Under the pieces are notes generated by a model. It worked only from the letters and a program-made list of their open reading frames with translations, made no database searches and had not been told where the DNA came from. A stretch of 64,000 bases of DNA from Felis catus (Eukaryota). The DNA is taken from positions 82,586,001-82,650,000 of the forward strand of contig NC_058368.1 of the NCBI RefSeq assembly GCF_018350175.1. Reading direction: 5' to 3'. A program made the position numbers and the translations under genes. The stretch's first letter is position 1; every line of letters starts with the position of its first letter. This document shows positions 12,364 to 23,493 of the stretch, in pieces.

Positions 12364-14066
12364 ACACTTAGACGCCCTGGCAATCTGCCTCTTAGGAATC
12401 TTCCAAGAGAAACAAAAACACGTGTCAATATAAAGACCTGGTATAACGATAAGAATGTTGCCAGCAGCTTTATTCACAACCACTAAAAATTGGAAACAAC
12501 CCTCACTTCCATCCAGTGCTGAAGTGGTAAATAGCAGCACATGTGTACAAAGGGATGCTCGGTGAGGGGAGCATACTAGATGAAGGAAGCCAGACATGGC
12601 GGCCCACGTACTGTGTGGCTCCATTTGTGTGACATTCTGGAAAAGGTAAGACTGTAGAAATAGATGCCACATGCATCGTTGCGGGCGCTGAGGGTATAGG
12701 GAGTGCGTCAAAAGAGGCCGCAGGGAAGCTCTGGGAGATGGAAAGAAGTCTTAACTGTGGACCATTAACACGGCTGTCAACACCTGTCAGACTCCACGCC
12801 TAAAGGAGGTGCATTGCACCGCATAAAAATTATACTTCAATAAACCTCGTTATAAACAAAAGAATAAAGGTCTTGTTTCTGCCTCTCCCCTTTGGTAGAG
12901 AATCTGGAGGAAGCTGCTGCCAGTCCTGGGCTGGAGGGACAGCTGGAGAGACAGTGGTTTCAGCCAGGTCCCCCAGAGGAAAAGGGGCCTTGGGAGGACC
13001 CTGGGCAGGGGTGGCCACCAGAGCCAGAGGTGGGAGAGTGGGGAACGCCCCAGCCTCTGCCCCACCCCCCAATCCTGCCAGCCCAGACCTAACTGGAGGC
13101 TGGGTGGGTGGAGGGGGAGAAGGGGAGCCCAGGAGCGATCCAAGGGGCACAGGGACCGTTCACTAGAATCCCCCATACCAAGTAGCATGGACTAAACACA
13201 CTTCCTTGTTTTGGTCACCAAAACCATCAATGCCGTTCGGAGCCTTGGTCTGCACCACAGGACGGCTCTGTGTTGGTGCAATTCTACCCCAAAGGAGAGC
13301 AGCCACACTTCAGTGTGTCTAGCAGCCGCGTCCGGGTTAAAGGACATCCCCTGTGCACGAGAAGCACTGAAAGCAGCTGCTGGACCATGGCTCCTCAACA
13401 CGCTCAGGCCGCTTGGCTGGAAACCCTGCTTGATATCAACTCCTTCTGGTGCTAACCTTCTCTGGCCCAGGAAGCCCCAGGCTGCCGACCACATGTGATG
13501 TAGGGATCGCAGCTGATGTGCACCCTCCCGCGCAGGTCACTTCCAGTTACCCCCAAACCCACTCTGGATGTTTCTCGCCTGCAGCTGACCTTCAGCCCAC
13601 GGGGGCACAGGGTGGACTGGAGGGAGGGCACCTGGACCAGGTAGCAGCACCCTGTTCCTGCAGCTCTGGGGTTCTGTAATCAGCCCTCGCTATTAAGCTC
13701 CAGAGTCTGGACTATGTGTTTCCAGTGGGCACCTCCACCGGGACACACGTGCGGCACCAGGGAGCCTGGAGGTGAGTGTGGTTTCCTCCAGGTGTGCGAT
13801 GCCATCAGACCCGACATCAGAAACCCCAAGAAGCCAGTGACACTGTGATTGATCCCATGGCATGAATTTATACTCTCATCGTGGTAACAACATAATCACT
13901 AGTCCTAACTTTAGTCTCTCCCTGGAGACCCAGGTCGTTGATTATTTCTACAGCTGCAAAAATGGTGGCGGGGCATCGACATCCAACTGCCGACATAGTA
14001 GTTTCAACGCCACCAAGACTGCTAAGCCATTATGCTGCTGGTTACCTTTAAAAATGGCAGAGGCCC

Positions 14067-14280
14067 GGGGCGCCTGGGGGCTCCATTGGTTAAGTGTCCG
14101 ACTTCGGCTCAGGTCATGATCTTGCAGTTCGTGGGTTCGAGCCCTGCGTCAGGCTCTGTGCTGACAGCTCGGAGCCTGGAGCCTGCTTCGGATTCTGAGT
14201 CCCCCTCTCTCTGCCCCTCCCCTGATCATGCTCTGTGTGTCTCTCTCTCAAAAATAAATAAACATTAAAACAAAAATTTT
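14067..14280 (+). mobile_element. Can-SINE
   Basis: Full head, body and tail; flanking repeat aatggcaga at 14053-14061 and 14281-14289. Confidence 0.95.
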
Positions 14281-14379
14281 AATGGCAGATGCCTTAAAGA
14301 GACAGCTTATTTGATTATTTTGAGGAGACATAACCAACAACCATTTGAGCAGTTTCTCTGATTGAAATGTGAAAAAGTA

Positions 14380-14580
14380 GGGCACCTGGGGGCTCAGTCA
14401 GTTGTAAATCCAACTCTTGATTTCAGCTTGGGTCATGATCTCACAGCTCTTGAGTTCGAGCCCTGCATCAGGCTCCATGCTGCCATGAAGCCTGCTTGGG
14501 ATTCTGTCTCTCCCTCTCTCTGTCCTTCCCCTGTTCCTGCTCTCTCTCTCAAAATAAATACACAAACATTAAAAAAATTT
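14380..14580 (+). mobile_element. Older Can-SINE
   Basis: gggcacctgggggctcag head, CT tract and aataaa tail; aaatgtg flanks. Confidence 0.92.
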
Positions 14581-15470
14581 AAATGTGCAAATATAATTTT
14601 TTATCCTTAAGATTACCACTCAAAAAAGCTTTCCTATGTCTCCAAAGATAAATCAAATCTTCTTCATTATAGTGTAATCTGAGTCAACACGGAAACCATC
14701 TGGGAAGCCTCTGGGTACTGGATGACATCTGATGCTCGGAATGAAGACCTATCACACACCAGCAGGATGAAAAGGGGATCCAGAGCGAGAGCAGATTCTG
14801 GGGTGATGCGCAGGAGACCCACTAAAGGGTCTTTGGCAGGGAGGACCAAAGCAGGTGCGGACACACCCCCTCCTCCCATGCCTCTGCTAACACTGGTAAC
14901 CACTCCCCTACAAAAACGACAGGAGATGCTTAGCACACGTGCTAGCTGTGCATCTTCAGGCAAGTATCTTACCCTCTCTGAGCCTGCTGCTTCTTCTTTA
15001 GCAAGTGCAGGTGGTACCTAGTTCCAGGGGTTATGCCCATGAAAATACTGGCACAGTGTCTGGCATGTACCTGCGTCCAATACATGTTAGTTTCCTTTTA
15101 ACTGTTAGGATCAGCTAACAGTTGAGGAGCCCCACAAAATCATGGAGTTTCAGGCTCAGCCCCCGAAGACAGGCTGCACACGAGCTCATCACCACAGGCT
15201 AGTCAGATGTCAGGAAATGGAGGTGCGTTTAGAGCCTTCTTGCGTTAGGAAGGTGTGGCAGGCACCCCCATGATGGTGGTGGTCTGTGTGGATGCACAGT
15301 GGGGGCCGTGCTTGTGTGTGTGAATGGAGACAGAGAGGCTCCTGTGGACATTGAGAGGTTTAGTCCAGATAATAATTTGGGTCAGATTATGAAAGGTCTT
15401 CAATGCATGCTACGGAGTACAGACTTTCCTCTCTGAGCCACATCCAGCAGTACAGCTACAAGCTTGACAA

Positions 15471-15575
15471 TTCCTCCCTCCCTCCCTTCCTTCCTTTCCT
15501 TCTCTCCTTCTTTTTCTTCCCTCCTTTCTTCTCCTTCCCTCCCTTTCCCTTCCTTTCTTCCTTGTTTTTTTTTTT
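15471..15575 (+). repeat. Polypyrimidine (CCTT/CT-rich) low-complexity tract
   Basis: About 105 nt almost purely C/T. Confidence 0.9.
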
Positions 15576-16854
15576 AAATATTAATCAGGCTCTACAATGG
15601 AAGCACGTAGCCCCAGAAAAGGGTTTCTTCAGGAGGGTGAGTGTCTATAAAACACTGAATTTCTAAAATGGGATAAATATAATGTATGGAGGTACGTTAT
15701 ATTGTCTTTCAACAAATGTTTGGTGACTGTCTCCCAAGCCAAAGCCGGATGTTAGGGAGAGACTCAACAGTCACTGCTGGGTCTAGACTGTCCTGAACTT
15801 TCTCGTAGGTGCAGAGGGATGCCAGTGGTCAGCTGCTCACAGGGAGGAGGTGCCGATGGCCGGCATGAAGAAAGAGCAGCTCTGGAAGCTGTGGGAGAAC
15901 AGAAGGATGGAGGGAGAGAGAGGCAAGCTCTGCGGCCACGGTCCAAGCAGAGTGCAGAGGGTCGGGGCCACCCCTGGGATGGGAGAAAAGTGGACTCCAG
16001 GGTAGTGCAGGGTACTGGGTCTCGGTGGGTCAGTCAGGAAGGTGAGGAAGGGGCAGGTGTGGGTTTTACCTGGTGATGAGGAACCTTGGGCCACCACCAG
16101 TTCAGCATGACAACCACAGGGGGCTGTGGGGCAGCCACACTGAAGGCTGGGCACCAAGGACGCAGCAGAGAAACAGCCAGCTGGGGTGGCAGCTGGACAG
16201 CATGAGGCCGGAGGCTGCGGAGGTGGGTCACTACTGCCTCAGGGCTACTGGCTGGGACAGAAGTACCCCTCATTGGCTGTGCAGGTGACCTTCTCCGCAG
16301 CCGGATGCCCCAAGAGAGCGCAGGAGAGAGGCATGAACACTTCATGATTCAAATGCTCTATTGCAGAGCTAAGTCCCCCAAACGCCGCCCCAGGAGCAGC
16401 CATGGCCACAACACGGGCATCACATGGGGCCTGGAATTCAGCAACTACACTTGTGCCCACACTTAGCCTCTCAATTCCTAGTTTTCATGCCACAGGAACA
16501 TGAACAGGGTTTTCCTGGGACAAGTACCCTCTTGATTGGATAGGCCCTCCTTCCTTTCCAGCAGTACTCCCCTGAGATGCTTGCACCTCTGAGAGCCCCA
16601 GTACTGTCCCAATCCCCATAGAGGGAGTCAAGAGTCAGGGACAGGGACAGCCTGGGGAAGTGGGAGGTGTCCTCTATACACTGGTTCCTCAGAGGAGCCC
16701 TTGGAAGTCATTTGGGGACAGGCTAGGGGGTCTCTGTACCCTGACTTTGAAGGACAGCTCTAAAGCCTTTGCCAGTGTGGCCCGGTGTCTGCCATGTGAA
16801 CTCATGGTGTGAAGTTTCTCTACACGCTGATGGGTAGGAGGGACTTAGGCAGCT

Positions 16855-16962
16855 TGTCCTTGCCACGGACGACACAGGAGGCCCATCCAGGGAGGCCCGT
16901 CCATGCCACAGAGGACTCAGGAGGCCCGTCCAGGGCACGGGGGACTCGGGAGGCCTGCCCCA
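16855..16962 (+). repeat. Degenerate ~29-bp tandem repeat
   Basis: ggaggcccgtcca...ggactc(a/g) units, 3-4 copies. Confidence 0.7.
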
Positions 16963-17168
16963 GCCACCTCGCCACAGCTAGGCCAGCCCCATGATCACTG
17001 CCACTCCCCACCGCCACTCTGCACGGCCAGAGAGGCCAGCCCAAGAATGCTGATGGGCACCGCTGGCTCCAAGCAGAGGACCTGGAGGAGACACCGGTGG
17101 CTGGCCAGAATGAGATCCCATCCAGAAGAGGCAGAAGAAGTGAAGAAAACGTCCATTTCAGTACCTAC

Positions 17169-17272
17169 CTATGATGGAATCCCTCCGGAAAACATCTCTA
17201 TCGAAAATGTAAAATGACAGATGCCGAAAATTCCGAGGAATTTCGCAGTAGAAGTCTTCTCCGTAGAAAGGG
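17169..17272 (-). CDS. RASA3: RASA3 coding exon 3 (104 nt), (C)[34 protein letters not shown](G)
   Basis: Minus strand reads tatttctcag|CCCTTTCTAC...ATCATAG|gtaggt. Hand translation matches RASA3 C2A; absent from the ORF track. Confidence 0.97.
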
Positions 17273-18596
17273 CTGAGAAATAAACAGAATGGGCTCTGTT
17301 AGACTGTGGGGGCCACGGCCTTGCTATCTGCCGGCAGGTGTGGGAGCCTGAAGACTGAGCACCAGCCTAGGGCACACGTGTGTCACCTCACCTTTACATG
17401 TCACACTGCACGAGTGGCCTGCTATGCTGGCGGGGAGCTCCACGCAGTAAGAGTTGCACCCACTGTGTGTGCCCAGGACCGCTGCAACACTCTGAGTGTC
17501 TGGGGCAGCAGCTGGCAGGCCCCTTTTATGCATTCAAGGAAAACTCGGTGTCCCAGTTTCAGACCATGCCCCTTTTGTCCCAGAAGTCGGGGTGAAACCC
17601 ATACTTCTCACAGGGGAGAGGACACCTGCCCACCAAGCTGAGCCTCCACACAGACCCTGTGCGTGAGTCACTGCGCAGGACACTCAGTTTGGGCAGAAAG
17701 CCAGAGGCCCTGTCATTAAACAGACCCCAGGTGCTCTGGGTGGGCAGGGCTGAGGTCAGCAAATGTGGCTTGTGGACAGAGGACGTACACTGAAAACAGC
17801 CCTGCACCAGGCCAGTTGCAGCTGCTGACAAGGTGGTCAGCAGATCACTGCAGCACACACACAGCCGCCTCGGACTTTGGTGTGTCCACCCCACGCATGC
17901 TCACGGCTAGGGTCCACAGCAGGAAACATAATCAGTCAAGGAAGAGCTAGAACAGCGTGCTACGTTGGTTAGAAAACGAGCCACGTTCGCTCCTGCTCAA
18001 GCTGGAAAGGTGAAGAGGGACAGTGGTGCCCGGAGTGGAAGTTTACAGGGAGGGACACAGACGTGCCCTGGAGAAAAAGGGAGGGGGCGGTGTCAGCTCA
18101 CTCATCGCCAGTCCTGAGATGACCCCCACCCCACGCTTAGGCATCTCTGAAGTCAGATGTCCCCTGCAGACAGCATAAGGAAGGACTGCTCACACGTTAA
18201 TTAGCCGTAACAAGACGGTGCCTCTCAGAACTGACCAATGCCACAGGCCCCTGGGATACGGTGTTTCTGTGGCACAATGTGCCGTGGTTCCATGTGGCTC
18301 AGTTGGTGTCTGCTTCTTACCATTCCGCTCCAGCAGGAAATAATGAAATATCCTAAAACACAGGCACTTGACACGTCAGTCAAAATTACCCAGCTCCTGA
18401 AGCTCATGGGCCTCATCTCGACTCACTCCGTAGTTGGATCAGCTCAGCATGGAAGGACGGACAGACAGAGCGTATGGGCCCTGGGATCAGCTCAGCATGG
18501 CCCAGTGGCCCCAGAAGGATGAAGCGTATGGGTCCGTGCTGGGGCTAGAAGGAGACCCCATGAGGAAAACAGACCCACGACTGTTGGTTTGTTGAT

Positions 18597-18783
18597 GCCA
18601 GCCCCCCAGGTAGGGGATGCACCATTCCCTGGATGGGGGGCAGAGGGTGTGGTCAGGCCAGCCCCCCAGGTTGGGGATGCACCAGCCCCTGGATGGGGGG
18701 CAGAGGGTGTGGTCAGGCCAGCCCCCCAGGTAAGGGACTCACCAGCCCCTTGGGGCGGGGGGGGCAGAGGGTGCGGTCAGGCC
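18597..18783 (+). repeat. 60-bp minisatellite, 3 copies
   Basis: gccagccccccaggt..gggatgcacca..ccctggatggggggcagagggtgtggtcag at 18597, 18657 and 18717. Confidence 0.95.
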
Positions 18784-19599
18784 TCTGTCCTCTCTGCATG
18801 GCTGGGACAGGCTGCCTGAGTCCTGTCCCAGGCTCATGCTCGACATGAGGCAGAAGCGAGGAGCAGGACAGTGCCTTGGCCTGGGCCCCCAATCCCAGCA
18901 TGTGGGACTCTGGTGTTTGCTCTCCACATGGAGCCGTCTTCACTCAGGCTGCAAGTCAGAACTACCTGCACAGGCTTGGAGAAAACGTGGCTGCCCTGGC
19001 CCTGTCCCCTGAGAACCCTCTCCAGGGTGAGGGGCCACAAAGCAGGAATCTTTAATCCCACACCCACATGAGTGTCTAACACAAGCTGCCAGGTCATTAC
19101 GGTCTCTGAACCAACCACACGTTACACATGGGCAGCATACAGATCCCTTCAGTGGTGCAGAACCGCACCTTGTACCCTCGGGCACGCCACGCGGGGCCAG
19201 GCTTCATCTTAGAGGCCACAGGGAGCCACACTCCAGGTGATGCCCGGCCCTGGGCAGCAAGCCCGTGCCCTGAGGGGCTGGTGGCATCTGATAGAGCCCA
19301 GGCCTGTGCTCCAAGGCTCTGTCTGCAGGTACTAGGTCCCCAGTGACCACACCTGTCCTTCCCCAATGGAGCAAAGGCACCCAGGGAAGACACTGCCTTC
19401 CCCGTGTGTTGATTCCTAATTAGACTTACACGGATGTTCTTGGAACTGCCCTGTGCTTTGCTCCCTTTTGGCCTGAACTGTTTGCTTTAAAAAACACACA
19501 TATTTGTGGATAGGAATGTTACCTATAACTGTTAACTAAAAGCAAGAAATAGCTTTTTCTTCTTAAGAATGAAACTGTATTGAGAATTTTGCATTATAA

Positions 19600-20272
19600 A
19601 ATCAAAAGTAGGCTCATGAGGATGGCCAGAACTGAAAAGACAGAGAACAAGTGTGAACCCTGACATGTTGCCTGCAGGAACATAACACGGGGCGCCACTT
19701 GGGCAAACAGTGGCAGCTCCTCAAAGTGGTAAACAGAGTAAGCATGCGGCCCAACAACCCCCATGCCTAGAGCAGGGGAAACACACGTCCGCACAAATAC
19801 TTGCACATGAAAGTTTACAGCAGTGTTCGTACCAGCCAAAAAGTGAAACAACCCAAAAATCCGCCAACAGAGGAACGGATACACAAGGTGTGGTCAGTCC
19901 ACACAGGGGAATATCATCAGCCACGGGAAGGAGACACGATTTGCCACCTGCTGCCACGTGGGTGCACCTTGAAATCATGACGCTCAGGGAGAGAAGCCAC
20001 AAAAGGCCACACACAGTGTGATTCCATCTGCATGAAATGCCCCAAACAGGCAAATGTGGGGAGACAGAAAGTCTACCGGTGGCTGCCAGAGAGCAGGGTA
20101 CCGGCAGGAAATGGGGGGCAGCAGAGGGGATGGGCTTCTTTGAGGGAGACAAAAATGTCCCACATTGACTGCGGTGTGAGCTACAACCCCAAATACACTA
20201 AACCCACAGAGCTGTACATTTTAAATAGTTGTATGGCATGTGGATTATGTCTCAATAACGCTATTTTTTAAA
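19600..20272 (+). mobile_element. Old L1 (L1MB-like) 3' end
   Basis: Typical L1 3' motifs (ccttgaaatcatgacgct, gattccatctgcatgaaatg, tctcaataacgctatttttt). Confidence 0.8.
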
Positions 20273-20286
20273 AAACCAAAATTTCA

Positions 20287-20736
20287 GGGGCGCCTGGGTG
20301 GCTCAGTCGGTTAGGCGTCCGACTTTGGCTCAGGTCATGATCTCACAGCTCGTGAGTTCAAGCCCTGCGTCAGGTTCTGTGCTGACAGCTCAGAGCCTGA
20401 AGCCTGCTTCTCATTCTGTGTCTCCCTCTCTCTCTGCTCCTCCCCTGCTTGTGCTCTGTCTCTCTCTGTCTCTCAAAAATGAATAAATGTAAAAAAAATT
20501 AAAAAAAAAAAAAACAAAATTTCAGGGTGCCTGGGTGGCTCAGTTGGTTAAGCGTCCGACTTCGGCTCAGGTCATGATCTCACAGTTTGTGGGTTCGAGC
20601 CCCACGTCAGGCTCTTTGCTGACAGCTCAGAGTCTGGAGCCTGCTTCGGATTCTGTGTCTCCCTCCCTCTCTGCCCCTGTCCCCACTCGCGCTTTGTCTC
20701 TGAAAAATGAATAAATGTTAAAAAATTAAAAAAAAA
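20287..20736 (+). mobile_element. Two head-to-tail Can-SINEs (20287-20510 and 20525-20736)
   Basis: Two complete SINE bodies; the caaaattt(c/t)a flank appears before, between and after them. Confidence 0.96.
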
Positions 20737-20878
20737 AAAACAAAATTTTAAAAATACATAAAGAAGTCAGAAAGTGAAAGCCAGAGTTAGCATTATAGGG
20801 GATATCCTGCTAGATTTTTCCTCTGGAGATATATGAATATGGACCAGAGGCAGGTATAGATGGGGGTGCATATTTTTA

Positions 20879-21095
20879 TTTTTATTATTTTTTTTTAATG
20901 TTTATTTTTGAGACAGAGAGAGACAGAGCATGAACGGGGGAGGGGCAGAGAGAGAGGGAGACACAGAATCGGAAGCAGGCTCCAGGCTCCGAGCCATCAG
21001 CCCAGAGCCCGACGCGGGGCTCGAACTCACGGACCGCGAGATCGTGACCTGAGCTGAAGTCGGACGCTTAACCGACTGAGCCACCCAGGCGCCCC
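20879..21095 (-). mobile_element. Young felid Can-SINE
   Basis: CpGs retained; perfect 17-bp TSD gggggtgcatattttta at 20862-20878 and 21098-21114. Confidence 0.97.
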
Positions 21096-23331
21096 AAGGG
21101 GGTGCATATTTTTAGATAGAAGTGGGATTACACGATGCATCCTGATACACAGTCTGCTTTTTCCTTTGATATCATGCCATGGACCACTTTCCAAACAAGT
21201 ACATAACAAGTCTGCCACCAAAGAGCACCTGAGGTGTGAGTGAGCACAGCAGCTTGATTCTCCCTCGCCAACCCTGACGGGCGCGGACGCCTTCCTGCCT
21301 CACCGTCTGGAGCGGCAGCGGGGGGGCTGTGGCTGGCCACCTGCCCGAGAAGGACCCCCACGGCAGAAGGGTGCTCGCGGTCCAAAGGTTGTAGTGCGGA
21401 ACGCCCCTCCAGAAAGTGGGGACAGATTCAGCCCACACCTACCCACACGATTCTCAGCAGCATTCACAAACCTGGCTGGTCTGATGGTAAACTAAGCATG
21501 CTGCTTCCGCCGGCTCAACAGCAGCCACACGAGCATGAGCGTGTCCGCTGAAACGCCTCTGGCCCAGGCTCTCTTAACACCCATCTGTGTTCAGGATATT
21601 CATCCACTGAGAACTTTCAAATTTGTGTTGCAGCTTAGGAGACAAAGAACTGACACGCAGCACATGAGAAATACCTTGTTAACTGGAAACACCACAACGT
21701 GGTTAATAGTATCGGTCATCAATGGGCAAGGATGGGCGTGTGGTCCCGCCTTTTCCGAAATGTGGGAGGGACCCTGCCCTCAGGAGCTGAGGCCGCCCAG
21801 GCAGCAAGGCCTTTCAGAAAGACCAGCTGTGGCACTGTGGGGGCAGGACGGTGGACGGCAGCAGACCCACGCGGGGTGTGAGTGGGCCGGGCCTTGCCGT
21901 CAGTACCCCTCCCCTGATTGTCCCCCAGCCCAGGACACACTGGCATGGTCATCCGGACAACCCCACCCCCTTCACGGGCAGCAGAAGTGGAAGTGTGTTT
22001 GCAAAGAGAAGGAAACTGAAGCCTTCTCCATCCCTGCCCTTCTCTGTGTGCCCGGCAGGACAGTATCTGCTTTCTGGTGAACTCAAAGGGGCCCCAGCTC
22101 CCAGCCTCCCCTTCCTTCCCATTAGTGTCTTAACCTGGGGCATCTCTCTGCACAGACCCCACTTTGCCCCGACCAAGGTCAGCAGCTGTCAGACGTGCGA
22201 TTAATGCCCCACACAGTCAGCCCGCACTTGCAGCCTCGGGGCTCCAGAAAAGCAGCCCAAAGGACCCGGCTTGCCCTAAATGCTGCTGCCTGACGGAGGA
22301 AGTCATGCATGCCGCGGCACCCACCTCTGAGGCTGGCCAGGGTGACGAGCTCTTTCCCTCAGTAACAGCAGGAGAAACTCGGATGGAGCTTCACAGCATC
22401 AAGGGATCGCTCACAAACAAAACACCTCCAGACCAATCCCCAACAAGGAGGAACCACCTGTGGCCCCTCCGCTCCTCCCACAGCCCAGCAGTTCACACGG
22501 GGCCTCGGCTGGGACCCGTGGGAAACCTTGCGCTTGTCCCTAATTTCCCAACGTCCAGGGTGGGGGCAGGGGGAGGGGCAGGGCTGCCTCAGCTGGGGTC
22601 GCTGGCAGATGTGGGGGAGACGGGAAGGAAAGAATAAGGAACGCCGCCCTGAGTGACTCCGTGAGACGTCCATTCTTAGGACGGTCTTTGTAACAGTCTG
22701 AGTGATGGATGTGCCACGGAGAAGGCCCGTTGAGGTCAGAGCACCCGGAAGCAACAGGTCCGGGCTCCCAGTGGGAATGTGGGGCCCACCTCACGGCCCA
22801 GGATGAACTGGGAGCCAGGCGGGCAGAGCAGGTTTTCTAGAAAGTGCTGCAGCCCATCTCCAAACAGCTCTGAATTCAGCTAATAAAACGTGCATGTGGT
22901 TAAATCATTAACTGAAAGCTAGATTAAAATTTCATTAAGCCAATTCATTGCATTTCATTGCATGCAATTTCATTGCATGTGGGGTCACACAGCACTCTTG
23001 CTGCTGGGACTGGAGGGGTGGAGATACGTCTCCACCAGGAAGGAGAAAATCAGATCAGTTTTCGTCCCAGTGCTGGGTGGGCAGAAGTGTCCTGCCTGGA
23101 CCCCACACACGTCACCTGGGTCAGTCACTGCCTGCACTGGCAGTGCAGCACTGAAGGGTCCACAGTGGCTACTGCCGACCACAGGGACACCGAGGACACT
23201 CAAGGGTGCTGGCCTGGCAGGTGGGGCCGGAGGGGCCTCAGGTCAGCACTGGGCAGGCACGGGACCAGGCAGGAAACACACGCAGGGGGCTGTTCACACT
23301 CTTCCCGCAGCACCAGGACCCAAACTAGAGA

Positions 23332-23493
23332 TGTCTCCTGGAGCGCCCCAGAACCGGGTGAAGGTGAGGGGAGGGAACGATTCCCTGCCTGGAGCGCCCC
23401 TGGACCGACCATGGTGGGGGGGGACGGTTCCCCGCCTGGAGCGCCCCAGGACCATGGTGGGTTAGGATCCCTGCCTGCAGCACCCCAGGATCT
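23332..23493 (+). repeat. Degenerate tandem repeat, 4 units of about 38-51 bp
   Basis: Core cctggagcgcccc(a/t)ggacc with variable G-rich linkers. Confidence 0.8.

Larger units (their letters stand above)
10330..12846 (+). mobile_element. Old L1 (L1M-type) 3' ORF2 and 3' UTR, interrupted by a SINE, a microsatellite and an LTR
   Basis: Degenerate L1 motifs (gtaggcaaagatttcttagatatgac, tggaaacaacc) ending in aaattatacttcaataaa. Confidence 0.8.

Noticed and set aside
23332..23493. Constant repeat with variable linkers, superficially CRISPR-like
   Set aside because: Mammalian intron with no cas genes; the linkers are related to each other and irregular in length, so this is a degenerate minisatellite.
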